Below, one piece after another: positions 37,796 to 49,441 of a stretch of DNA of 64,000 nucleotides (within the stretch, counting starts at the first letter, position 1; every line of letters begins with the position of its first letter). Source of the stretch: Takakia lepidozioides (taxonomy: Eukaryota > Plantae > Bryophyta); NCBI GenBank assembly GCA_030704615.1, contig CM060734.1, positions 21,576,001-21,640,000 on the forward strand, in the 5' to 3' direction. Both the position numbers and the translations under genes were made by a program. The notes beneath the pieces are model-generated. The model made no database searches and was not told where the DNA came from. It was given only the letters and a program-made list of their open reading frames with translations.

Positions 37796-38959
37796 GCACA
37801 ATCCATAGGGTCAATGATAGGTGGACGCGGGTTAACGTCAGGGAAGTGGCCGGTGAGTGTAAAAGAAGTTTGGAAGTCAAACTCGGAGAATGTGCCACGC
37901 GGACAGAGGAAGACGGGAGCATGTTTAAAATCAAACACGTGGCATAAGGGGCAAAGTGCTCCGTATTGCATTTACTCCAATAGCGGGTGCCATCATGCAA
38001 GAAGACAAACAGGGCCGTCAAAGTACCTACCCATTACCTCAGCCGAAACTAATTACGGGCCCATTAATGCATCAAAGGGACAGGTAACGGAACCGCTTAC
38101 GCGTCCGACAAAAGGGGACCTTTGCCACATGTGCAGTCCTAGTGGGCATTCCAAGTGGGAATGTGAATAGATGGGGGTAAAATTGAGAAGTTACCCAATG
38201 AGGCAACAACCAATCAGGAACGAGAATTTCATGCAAGTGGTTCCCTCCAAGAAACAAGAACAAGAAATTAAAAAAGTTATGAGCGGAAGAGTAGGGGTTG
38301 CTCCAAATAACCAGCGTCTCGACGGGAGGGGCAATCAAAGCTATAGCTTTGTAGCTATGGCGGATATCACAGACTATACGCTAGCTTTACTTCTTACGCA
38401 GTGGCGCAAGGACGGACGGGTTGAAAGTACATTCTCTCTCACTCACTATTTGCAAGCCCCACAGGCTTACACTCACTTACCCGTTCCATTCTGTGCCAAC
38501 CATACTTTCATGCTTTACGCCCTGCAAGCTTTTTTTGTCTGGGATGAAGAGAATTAGGGGAATGGAGGATCTCAGGGTGAAAAGCACCACGATTCTACAG
38601 AAGCAGACAATTGCTACACCACAGGCGGCAACGACGCTACCGCGTGAGCCTGGCGCGTGAGCGTGTGAGCCTACGCTCACGCTGCTGACATGGCGTGAGC
38701 CTAGTCCAGGTCATACGACGTCACCACAAAGAAGGTGGGCCTATAACCGTGGAGACCACAACTGCTGATTTCCTTCCACAACTGCTGATTTCCTCACATG
38801 AAGGTGAAACGGATGAAGGGTTTTGGGCTTTCCTGGGCCTATAACCGTGGAGCCCCCAACTGCTGTTTTCACCACATGAAGGTGAAACGGATGAAGGGTT
38901 TTGGGCTTTCCTGGAGTTCAACCTTCTTTTAACAGGAGCTTCATTTCGTTCCCCCGTCA

Positions 38960-39155
38960 AATGAACTTCGTGTCGACAGAAGGGGGATTTGGAGAACTTC
39001 AACAAAACCTCGTGTTAACACGAGGTTGTTTTCCTGGAACAAAAATGAACCTCGTGTTGCAGCGATGTTGTTTTCTGAGAACTAAAATGAACCTTGTGTC
39101 AACACAAGGGGGATTTGGAGAACTTCAAGTAAACCTCGTGTTGACACGAGGTTGA
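38960..39155. repeat. Five palindromes AACCTCGTG-TTGA-CACGAGGTT (variants) downstream of the transposase
   Basis: Copies at ~38964, 39007, 39048, 39091 and 39132. Confidence 0.85.
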
Positions 39156-39336
39156 TTTGATCATCTGTCTATCTGAAGGTAGTTTCTTGTGTTTGCTAAA
39201 AGAGAATGACAAACCAATGCGACAAATGCGTTGACCCACAAATAGCAAAGATGTTAGATGACATGGGACATGCTGAGAGACACTGGACTTGAACAGTCAT
39301 TCCATTACACACAATTGTCAAGGAAAACACAGATTT

Positions 39337-42300
39337 TTATGGGGTTGTATCCCGCTGTAGAAGTGTGTTGACTTCGTTGTAACTCATAGTAGCTTGGTGA
39401 ATGAAGAAGTCGAGCTTTGGATCACAAACCATCCTTCTCAAGAAGACGAAGTAAAGGTGTTTGCACGGTATGAACTTCCCTCTCTTTCCCAAACTACTTG
39501 AAAGCATACCAACAAAATCAGGACATGTACAATTGGGAAAATTGGAAACAGTGATGTCGTACGTCCTGTCTTGCAGCGCAGATGCGGATGAGATCATGGT
39601 GAAGACCCGACCATACCCTGGATCAGGCACTTCCATTGTTCCCCCAACACGAGCGTAAAGCATTCTGGCGGACTCAATTTTGCCGTAGTGTTCTGCGGTT
39701 GGAGGGAATCGTCGAACCAGCTTCCCATTCCGTCTGGTTGGCCACAAGTGAGCGTCAGGCGGAGGTACCCGTGAACCGCTTCCACTTGAAGCACCTTCAC
39801 GTGCAATGGAATGTCTGGCCAGGGAAAAACCCGCCTCTTCCAGCATTGCAATCTCTCGATGAGTGAGACCTGTGCCCATCTTCACAGGCCACACGGTTCG
39901 TGGAGTAGGCTTTCTTACCACGGAAGGCCTCACTGTCCCATGCACACATCTCCCACAATCGTCAGCGCAGAACCAGAACTTGTGGTTCTTTGCCTCGCCT
40001 TGTCCGTAAGGGAGAAACAAACCCGTGAATGTAGGAGCTGCAGTGCGTTCTTTCCCTCTGGATATTAATGATGTACATTTTTCATGATTGGTGGCCCTGA
40101 TCGCCGCGCATTTCACACGCGATCCAGCACTTGTGCGTTCTATATGCCAAACATCGTCCAAGCCCTCAGACTCGATTATATGCGACACCACGTTATGGTC
40201 TTCAACCATTGCAGTGACAGTGCTTGATGCAGGGGTCCGGTCTGGGGCAGAGTAGCCCTCACCTGTGGATGTTCCGCAATTCCATCTCTGATCCAAGGGA
40301 ACACGTGGCGTCGAGAAGTTGACCCTGTCCGCCCTATGGGAATCTGCATCCGATCCCGGAGGGGTGTCCAATTTCCGTTTGCAAGACCCGAATCTCTCTT
40401 CGCCTTCCAGATGGGGAACTCTTCCCACGAGAGGGGTGCCATCTGCACATATGCTCACTGCCCGCGCTATTTTGCTAGGATCCCCTGATCTTCCAGCTGC
40501 CCGCAACATCAACTCGCTCCTGTCCGGACCTTTGCCACCAAGGCCACCCCTCAAGAATGACCTGTATCTGGTTTGCTGCTGTAGAGCACGAATAAGGTCA
40601 TCGGCCGTCGCTGCATACAAATCTCTCCCTTTTTTGCCGGATTGCTGCAACCAGGCATTGTGCACTGTCTCCGCAAGATTGCAAGAAGGCATGTCCGCCA
40701 TCTCCTCAATGGACATATGCTGCAAGGCAAAAAAACACAAAGCCCATATTAGAGTTGGACCCTGAAAGATATATTGGAAGCACCCAAACAAACTTTTGAA
40801 TGCAAACCACTCACCGTTGTCATGGCCGCTCCCCACTGTCGGTAACGGAAGTGCCAAAATGCGAACCAGTCTTGCAGTGCCCTCATGCTGTCCTCCGATG
40901 CCGCTCCAGATGAGTACCACCAGGCACGAATTGTCTGGAACAATGTATTCGCTTCCCCCATAGTTTTGGCGTCTTTGTACTGTTTGCACAGTTGACGATG
41001 CATACTCTGCATATCTGGCTTGATGTACGTCTTTGTGTGTTTGTCGAGGGATTGTGTCCAATGGAAAAGACACGTACGTTCTCTTCCAGGCATTGGTACT
41101 TTTGGATCTCCCGACCCGAACACAATGCGGACAGCGTTGAAGTTAACTTGAGCACTATCGGCCATGAAACCAACAAAATTGGGAGATGGGAGACCATTGG
41201 AGGCCATAACACGAATGAGAGCTTCCCACATGAGCTGCTGTGAATCTGTGTCCTCTGACTGCATGTCACACACTGCAATTGTCATGACCCGCTGGTACAC
41301 AGGGTCGTAAACATGACATGCCATTGTGGTCCAGTCTTTAACTCTCTTGATATGATCGAACATAAGGAAGCAGTTGCCAAGATCGCCACCCTTCTGCATA
41401 CGTTTAACCAGGCTGACCCCGCTGCCCTCACCTTTTGTGGACATTTTGAACAAGAACACTTTCCTGGCTCCTTGTCCTGGGAAAACGCTGTCTTGGATGT
41501 AGTCGTACATGCTCCTTTTCTTCAAATCCATAATATTGTCCATATAACCTCGGCTCCCAGAGCCCATTCTTAAAGCGTTCACCTGATTCCTAATGTTTGG
41601 AGAATTCAAAGCAGAGAAATGGTCCATAACAGTGTCCAAAGCTGGTCCTTCCAGCATTCCTCCAACCGAATTTGATGCACACAGAATACGGCTTTCCAGA
41701 AAGGACTTGCTCGCCCCCATGGCAATTGCAGATGTGGTGCCAGTTGGATTGGTATCCAACTCTTGCCTTATCAGACGAGAGACTGTGTCAACGCTCTCCC
41801 TATAATCCCCCTTGGACACAGGGTGGTTGTGAAAACCGAAATGGACACAGGCTCTAGTCAGGTTTTTGAATCGATGCACCACATAATACATTTGGCGCCA
41901 CACAAAGCAAGGCAGCAAGGTGGTACCCTACAGAACTTGCACACAAAAGTGTTACTGTATGGTGGTGTTACCCCAGGCTTGAATGGATTCTCACTGACTC
42001 CATCCCATTCGCTTTGGTTTTGCACACCTGACGATGCGAAGTGTCTGCATTTCATGTTCTCGCATTTCAGGTGCCCATTACAGACTGTTTGCCTGAATAT
42101 GAGGTTGTCGTTGTTGTGAATATTGGATGTTTTTGTGCGGCACCAAGGGTGCCCATCGTGCTTTTTGTCCATTCCTTCCAGGAGACTGGAAATCCCCCCC
42201 ACGCGACCAGGAGGAGGCAGCTCAAAAACAGTATTACCATCAAACGATTCCGGCAAGAATGCCACCCTTTCAATATTGAAAGTGCTCCAGTCTATCCCCC

Positions 42301-42841
42301 TCAACTCACTCTTGAATCCTGCCATCCCACCCATCGCTTTCAATTTAGGAATGACACTGGAGATCTCCTCCACATCTGGTTCTACATGTGGACATGGCTG
42401 ATCCACAGGCGGTATTGCACATGTGTCATCGGAGGATGAGTCCGAAAGGTCAACTACAGTGTTAACGGCAGTCGCCTCCTTCTTCACAACCACTGGTGTC
42501 TTCTCCTGGGCCACTGATGCTGCCGTGCCAGGAGTTACGAACGATCCTGCAGACTGTCTCAGAGGAGCACTGAGCACCCTGTATCTGCCTGGAGGCACTC
42601 TCCATTGCGTGGTTGGTGCAGTTTGCGATGGTTTCTGGAACGCGTACTTGAGCAGTTTTCCATTGGCATCGTACACTTCCCTCTGAAAGAATAGACTACC
42701 ATTTTCCAACCGAAACTGCGTTGCGAGGACGAGTTCATGAACCACCGCAAAACCATCATCTTCCACCTCGTAAGAAAATGGAACAGGGTGGTCGTCACTG
42801 AAGAAGTCCGCGTCAAGGGAGCCCACAGCCTGGGAAGCCAT
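39337..42841 (-). CDS. Copy B Mutator-like transposase, ~1,136 aa (exons 42841-40815 and 40719-39337; one -1 frameshift at ~41891)
   Basis: GCM-like HPWCRTKTSN...CNGHLKC...CKFC...GFHNHPV; DDE core LMFDH / FMADSAQ / CLFHW / CNLAETVH; SWIM CTCPDF...CKH; canonical 95-nt GT-AG intron at the same position as in copy A; start codon tentative. Confidence 0.9.
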
Positions 42842-43149
42842 ATGTCGATGTTGCTTCAGAAAGTACAGTTCAAAGTCCGATGGTGCTTCTGAATGCAGGT
42901 TGTGTGAGAGTGGAGTTTTGGCGTCCTCATACACAATTGTTCTCTCAGAATTGCCCCACCAGTGCATTAGCTGACAGATTCACTGACAGAGCCGCCAATG
43001 TCGTTGTCATGTCAGGGAGGCCAGAAGAGATGCCCATTTCCATTAAATTTTGACGGCAACTGCACCGCTGCACAACTGAATATAATTCACATTCCTCTGG
43101 AACATTCCACCCTAAATTACCCAACAATGAATTTTTTAAGATGAGAGTC

Positions 43150-43340
43150 GATTACACCCTAACGATTTTTGGATGGATGATGTTTGAATGATATCTGCCG
43201 TTATACATAGGGTTAGACCCCAACGAATTTTGTAAGGATGATGATTCATTGATCTCCGCCGTTAAACATAGGGGTAGAGATACCCCGATTACATTTTTGG
43301 AAGGATGATGTTTCAATAATTCCGGCCGTTTTACATAACG
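43150..43340. promoter_or_regulatory. Three ~62-bp imperfect repeats in the divergent intergenic region between transposase and cargo gene
   Basis: ggatgatg...gccgtt(a/t)Nacata occurs three times; the promoter role is inferred from position only. Confidence 0.4.
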
Positions 43341-43502
43341 ACTACATAGACACGTGTTCGCCATGCATGTGGATTGAGTCGGTGGCGCACTGAACGGTCC
43401 GAGCGAACATCTTGGCGTTGAAGGCCTCGCGATGAACCTCAGATAGTGTTCTTTTTGCCTGAGTAACTCATTTTCTTTGCAACCCTGGATTCCGCAGAGA
43501 CG

Positions 43503-46500
43503 GTGTCCCTACTTCGAGGGAGAAGCAAGCGTCGAAGAACACTGTATTTCACGTCAAACAAGGAAAGGGCACGCGCTAAGGAGAGGATGAGAAAGGCGAG
43601 ACGGGAGCTTAGAATGGGAGAAGAAACCCCGCGAGATGAGGAAGAGGAAGGGCAAAAGAGGATTCAGCAACCGCAGTGTGGAGAGGAAGGTCTTGAAGTG
43701 ATCCAGGAGGCGACAGACGAGCAACCTGCAATCGAAGGAGGGGATGAGGAGGAAGTAAGCTGGGCTCGGGAGGAAGCAGTGAGAGTACAGAACCTGGCCT
43801 TCAAAGACCAGGGAGAACAAACGGACGTAGGAACGCGGCCGTCTGCCCCTGTTTCGCACCATCGCGACCTCCTTGGAAGCATGTTACCTCAAGACCGCAT
43901 GGAAAAATTGAACGCGACAGGAGCATCATCAAGTGCAAAGCAGAAACCCCAGGTAGCTACGAACTTTCTTTTTCTCTCTCTGTTTCTGTCTTTTTCTCTC
44001 TCTGTTTCATGCTAAGCATTGAGGACGACATCAACCTTGCGTCAACGCAAGGTTGAAGTCGACCTCCAAAGTGTATTTGCTGGGCTCAAAACAGTGCAGA
44101 AACTGCACCACAATCTGTACGGTTTCATGCTAAGCATTGAGGTGGACATCAACCTTGCGTCAACGCAAGGTTGAAGTCGACCTCAATGCTTTTTTGCTGG
44201 GCATAAAACAGTGTAGAAACTGCACTACAATCAAGGTAGAGAGACATGGATGCTTCCGACGCATCATGGATTTCAAAGAGGAAGCAGAGACAGGAGTCTC
44301 CATTTACTGTAGATATTTGCTTCGCTGAACCCCGATAAGAGAGCTCGCAATCAACCTTGCGTCAACGCAAGGTTGATCCCAACCTGCATATTGTATGTTT
44401 AGAGCTTGTAGTGAAACCAACAGAGGCTGCACAGGAATCAACCTTGCGTTGACGCAAGGCTGGTTTTCATGATATCTTTGCACAATGGATGCGTCCGATA
44501 TCCCACTGTCCTCACTGTAAGGTAGGGAAAGTTCATTCTTCGAGGCTCCCAAAAGAACCCTGCGTCAACGCAAAACATAATTTGGGTCCAAACGTCTTTC
44601 CTGTATGCCTTTCAGTCTAAGTTACGTCCCCATCAATCAACCTTGCGTCAAAGCAAGGTTGATGCATGGGAGCTCAATCTCACACTCACAGATTATTAAT
44701 TCTGTGCAGAGGAAAAGAAAAAGGAAATCCGAGGGGGAAGATTTGGCCGCTTCAGAAGGTGAAGGTGATGAAGAGTCACTGGAGGGACACTATGAAAACA
44801 AGGCCGAGGAGATAATGGGTGGGCAAAAAGTGAACTCGTCGAAGGTGATTCTGTCGATGGAGGTTCCCGGCGGAAACCTGGTCATTCCGCTTTGCAGGAT
44901 GATCTCCATGCCCGCTGTTCGACCGGCATTGAGGAACGATATAACAAAGTTGAAGAACGACTTTGTTCACGGCTATGTGAAGGGATCAGCAGTGTTCTAC
45001 GTATCCACTATGAACACAAAAGGAGAGGAGTGTCTTGTAACAGAGGACATTGAGCAAAGTTGGGATGAATGCTGGCGGGATGTGAACAGGGAGTTCGAGT
45101 TCAAGCTGTCGAAGAAGACCTCCACAAAAGCATTCATGGGGAAGATGTTTTTTGTCTGGGATGGGAACCACAGACTGCTTGCCTGGATGGATTACATTTC
45201 AAGCATGCACTCGGACGACATCGAATGGCACTGGAGCGTGGTTTCCATGGTTCTGGATCACAAAGGGCATGTCACGCAGCTCTTGACAGCCATGCACGAC
45301 ATAAACAAGTAAGTCTCCATCTTTGTGTCTGTTCCTCGTTTCGACAATTAGAAATCATCTTATGAGTTGACGGTTTTTCCAGGTCCAACGAAACATCTCA
45401 TGTGACCACCAATCTGTGCCACACTCTGTTCCGCATCCAGAAGGTAGGGCTGATGCCACTGGAGTCATTCACGAACGTGCTTAGTCCACAGCAGATGAAG
45501 AGGTGTGCTGAGAAGAAGACAAGCACATGGTATAGCTTGACAAGGGAGGCTTTCCTTGACTACATGTACACTGTAAGCTTCTTGACACTGCTTGCTTTTT
45601 GACACTGCAAGCTTCTTGACACTACCTGTTGTTACTATTTTCTGACAAGTAATGACAGTGTTTCATTCTTTTTACCTGCAATGTATGCAGCAAGAAATAG
45701 CAGAAACCGGCTTGAAGGCGAAAGCTGAGTACTATGATTCCCACACTGAAGAGCAGCGGTCTGCATCTGGGCTTGAGGACACGATGAAGTTCGAGATGAA
45801 TAATCAAAGGAAGAACCTCATGAGTGCATTCGACAAACAAATCAGGATAGCAGATCCAGGGCTTGGCACAGAATTTTGGAGCAGGTGAAAGTGCACTATG
45901 ACAAGTTTGGCTCCAAGCCAGAAATGACTCAGGAGAAACTACATCGCCTTTCCATTTCAATGGTGGACAATGCAACGAAAATCAGGTGGTTGGAGATATG
46001 GAACTCGGATCCTCTTGTGAGAGACACGAATATGTTTCCAACTCCAGAGAGAGACCCGAAGACACAAGCAATAAAAGTTGTAAGCGACCAGACATTCGAC
46101 CAGTGGCTACACAAAGCCACATTTTGGAGCCAGGTAAGGTTACCACCAAACCATTTTCAGACATGTGTGTTGCTCCGTAATTCCGCTCCCAACCTCTCCA
46201 AAATTCTTACAAGCTTTCTTGTTGCAGTTAGAAAAACGTGCAGTGGCTGCACTTGCTGAGTCGATGGCAGACTACAAAATCAAGATGGCTTGCCCCCGGA
46301 TCACACTGGAGGCCTATATCAGGAGGTGGAAGCTCGCTGTCTGGAACAATTGCTTCTTCAGGGAGTTTGAAAAAGACAAAGGAATCTCCAGATCGTACGA
46401 GTTCAAAAACCAGCTGAACAGCGAGCAAGCAATGAAACGAGTGTTGTACAGGTGTGATCTCCTTACTCAATTGTGGTACTTGAAGGGCGTGCATCTGCAA

Positions 46501-49441
46501 TCTTCTGTCATACTTTCAGATTTGCGAATTTGCGTGGCTTTGAGGGATCTCTGGGGGCTCTGAATGTGCTGTCCAGCAACATTGCGTTGACGCAAAGTTG
46601 TTTCCCATGGTCCTGGTTTCACTTACCTATATCTGGGTATCCCATACTGGCGTTTTATTGCATGTGAATGGGGGTGAATGGACAGGAAAATCAGCCTTGC
46701 GTCAACGCAATGTTGATGAGACGCAGACTATGTACCTTTTCCTCTGGTTTGGGGCAGTTCAAATCCAGATCCAATTCTGCCAACTTGAACATAACAATGT
46801 TTGGAGTCTATTTCAAATGCTATTTTCAGCTTTCACTATGCCAACAAACAGACTTGCGTTGACGCAAGGTTGTTTGGCGGTATGGATTGATGGAAATGTC
46901 CCTGTGCATCCCCCAACTTCCATGCAATTGTAGGAGACTTTCGATTATCAGATATAATATCGATGTTTGTTTCAACAGAGGAATTCAACATTGCGCCAAC
47001 GCAATGTTGAATATCCATAGCAGTACATAGTGAGATGGTGGTTTTCAGGCATTGTTTCCCATTTCATCTGTGAGTGAAAACAACATTGCGTTGACGCAAT
47101 GTTGTATTGCACTTGTCAGTCGTTGTCTCTATCAATACAACGTAACCACTAGGTGTTTCCCATTTCTGCTCGAATCAACATTGCGTCAACGCAAGGTTGA
47201 TTCTGGACAGCAAAAGTTGATTACCAGGTGTTCCCTTCCTTTATTTCAATATCTTCTTCTGAATGTCTGTTCTTTTCCATTTTCCGATTGACTGACTATC
47301 TGGGTTTTTGGTGTTTGATTCAGGTATATGTATCATATCCTCATACCGGGAAAGTACCTTAGCGATGACCCAGACTTCATCTATTCATGGGCTGACCCCT
47401 CCAATGAGAAGACAATGTACACGGCTGGTATTGCCAGAGACTGGAGCAGGGCGCACTTCAGAGACTGTGGGTGGTACCTCGACCTGCCAAAACAGGACAC
47501 ACCATTCGATGAAGTTGTTTTGAGAAACCTGAACGACAATGCCGCAGCGATTGCCCCATTGGCAGACAAAGACATTCAGGACAGAATCATTTCTACTCTG
47601 GCTGCAAAAGAGCCCGAGAGAACTGCCACTCCAAAACGAAAGGGGAAGACTGTCGGGGATCCTAAGGGGAAGGGGAAAAGTGCAGCTCCGCAAGGACAGG
47701 GACCGTCAGAGGTTCCTGTCAGAGAGCCTTCTCCCGCAAGGAGGGATAGGAGAACATCAAAGTCGAGGGAGCAGCCTTACGAGGCGAGAGAACATCCCTC
47801 CAGGGTTTTGGGCCAGTTCAATCGTAGGGTGCTGAATGAAAGTTTTCTTGCAATGATGGAGTCCAGGAAGTCCACATTCAAAGGGGTGCCCTCGAAATCA
47901 TGGGACATGCTTGTTTCGTTCCTCACTCAGGTAAACACTTCTGTCTAAACTGTTGTATGAATAATTGTGTTTTGGCATCTTGTTGTGGCTTTTCCAGGGG
48001 ATTGATCTCCTGCTCGATTTGGATTGGGCTTCTTACACTGTCTCCTGTTTTTCCCTGTAGGTGACAAAAAATCCGGAATGGGTGAATGGAGTTCAGCAGG
48101 CATACGCGACTGACCTTGTGGTGCTGGACATTCCTGACGGTTATCCTGTCCCTGATGTGTTCCCTTCCAATTCGACCCCGACTTGGAACAAATCGGATTC
48201 TCGTTATTGGCAGTGGGCTTTCTCGTTCAGCAACAAATTCCTTTCGGACTCGGGGGCTCTTCTTCTCATGCAGTCAAAGGACATGTCGGCCCGAAGAACT
48301 CTTTTCAGCTACATGAAAGCCTCCGGGTTTCGTGTCATCAAAACTTGGACATGCATCAATACTCTGCCTCTTACGAAGGGCGAGTTCCCGGGGCAGAAAA
48401 GTGAGTTGGTTCCTTTCAATTCATGTTTGTTGTTTTTTCGGTAAATAAAAATGCTGGGTTATGCCTTCTGTCTCATGCTCTCTTCCTCATTGTTGACAGA
48501 CACGGGTGTTCGAAGCTTTGTGCCTGGTGAGGCGGAAGGACACTCTTCCTCCTGGTGTTGCTGAGTTCCAGATGAGGGACCTTGCAGCTCATATTGACCC
48601 CACCTGCGAGCCTATGGAGGATGATGTTCTCTTCAATTACGTGGACTCGGGTCGAACTATGAAAAGGTCGATTGGTGTCCCTTGGAGAGGTGCACGGGAG
48701 AAATCTCCAGCTTTCATGCAGACTTTGGTGGAGACATGCAGCCGTCATGGTGGACGAGTGGTCGACTTGTCTATGGGCACAGGTGGGGCACTTCACATTG
48801 TGATTGACATATGGGCAGTAACCTTAGGGAAACCCTGTTTTTATTTCTCGTTCTTCTTGGATTTGCAGGAGCATGTTTTCATGCTTGCAAGAGCGCCGGA
48901 AGGCACTTCTTCGGCATGGAAGCTGATACGGAGCTCTTCTCGAGCGAGCTTCGTCAGCTTGAGTCGGACACTACTTCTACCCCATCCAAAGAGGGACTTC
49001 TGGAGGAGCCCGAAGCGCCTGACGAGGATCTGGACGTGGACTCCGATTTTGAGTGTGAGTAAGTTCTTCTGTAGTCGTTCAAAATATGTGGCATTTCCTT
49101 GTGTCGTTCCCGTTCGAAAAAATTGCGTAACATTGTCTATATCTGGATGTTAACATCTGCCACCATTTCTCTTGTTCCTTTCCAGAGTTCTGCACCAGTC
49201 ATTGAATCAGCAGACACCTTTCGGATTCCAAGGATACTACATGTCCCCGAGTCCCCCTAGATCCAACCGCTTGCCGGTTTACGCGGAAGCTTGCGCACGG
49301 GTGTTATCCGAACAAACACTGTATTCGCATCTCCATAAAGGTCGTGGAAAAAAAAAACGTCATGTATGTGCTGCTGTATTCATAGATGATATTGCTATTA
49401 ACTCTGGCAGTGGTTCCTCTGAAACCTCCAATATTTCTTGA
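43503..49441 (+). CDS. Copy B cargo gene: acidic N-terminus, ParB/Srx-like domain, linker, beta-class N4C/N6A DNA methyltransferase-like domain; ~10 exons, ~1,190 aa
   Basis: Predicted exons 43503-43952, 44710-45308, 45383-45572, 45691-46133, 46228-46451, 47324-47930, 48061-48400, 48500-48782, 48869-49058, 49186-49441, all GT-AG. FFVWDGNHRLLAW (DGNHR at 45160); DLVVLDIPDG (DIPD at 48127) precedes EKSPAFMQTLVETCSRHGGRVVDLSMGTGACFHACKSAGRHFFGMEAD. Single-base slips at ~45876 and ~48400; true start uncertain. Confidence 0.8.
44030..44665. repeat. Six palindromes TCAACCTTGCG-TCAA-CGCAAGGTTGA in intron 1 of the cargo gene
   Basis: Copies at ~44031, 44149, 44351, 44438, 44559 and 44637. Confidence 0.9.
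46575..47200. repeat. Six palindromes TCAACMTTGCG-TTGA/TCAA-CGCAAKGTTGA in intron 5 of the cargo gene
   Basis: Copies at ~46577, 46691, 46850, 46985, 47081 and 47175; sequence between them is not repeated. Confidence 0.9.

Noticed and set aside
43503-49441. Bacterial or phage contamination explaining the ParB-methyltransferase
   Set aside because: The gene has nine GT-AG introns, with positions matching the second copy where checked, and lies within TSD-bounded elements inside a plant retrotransposon
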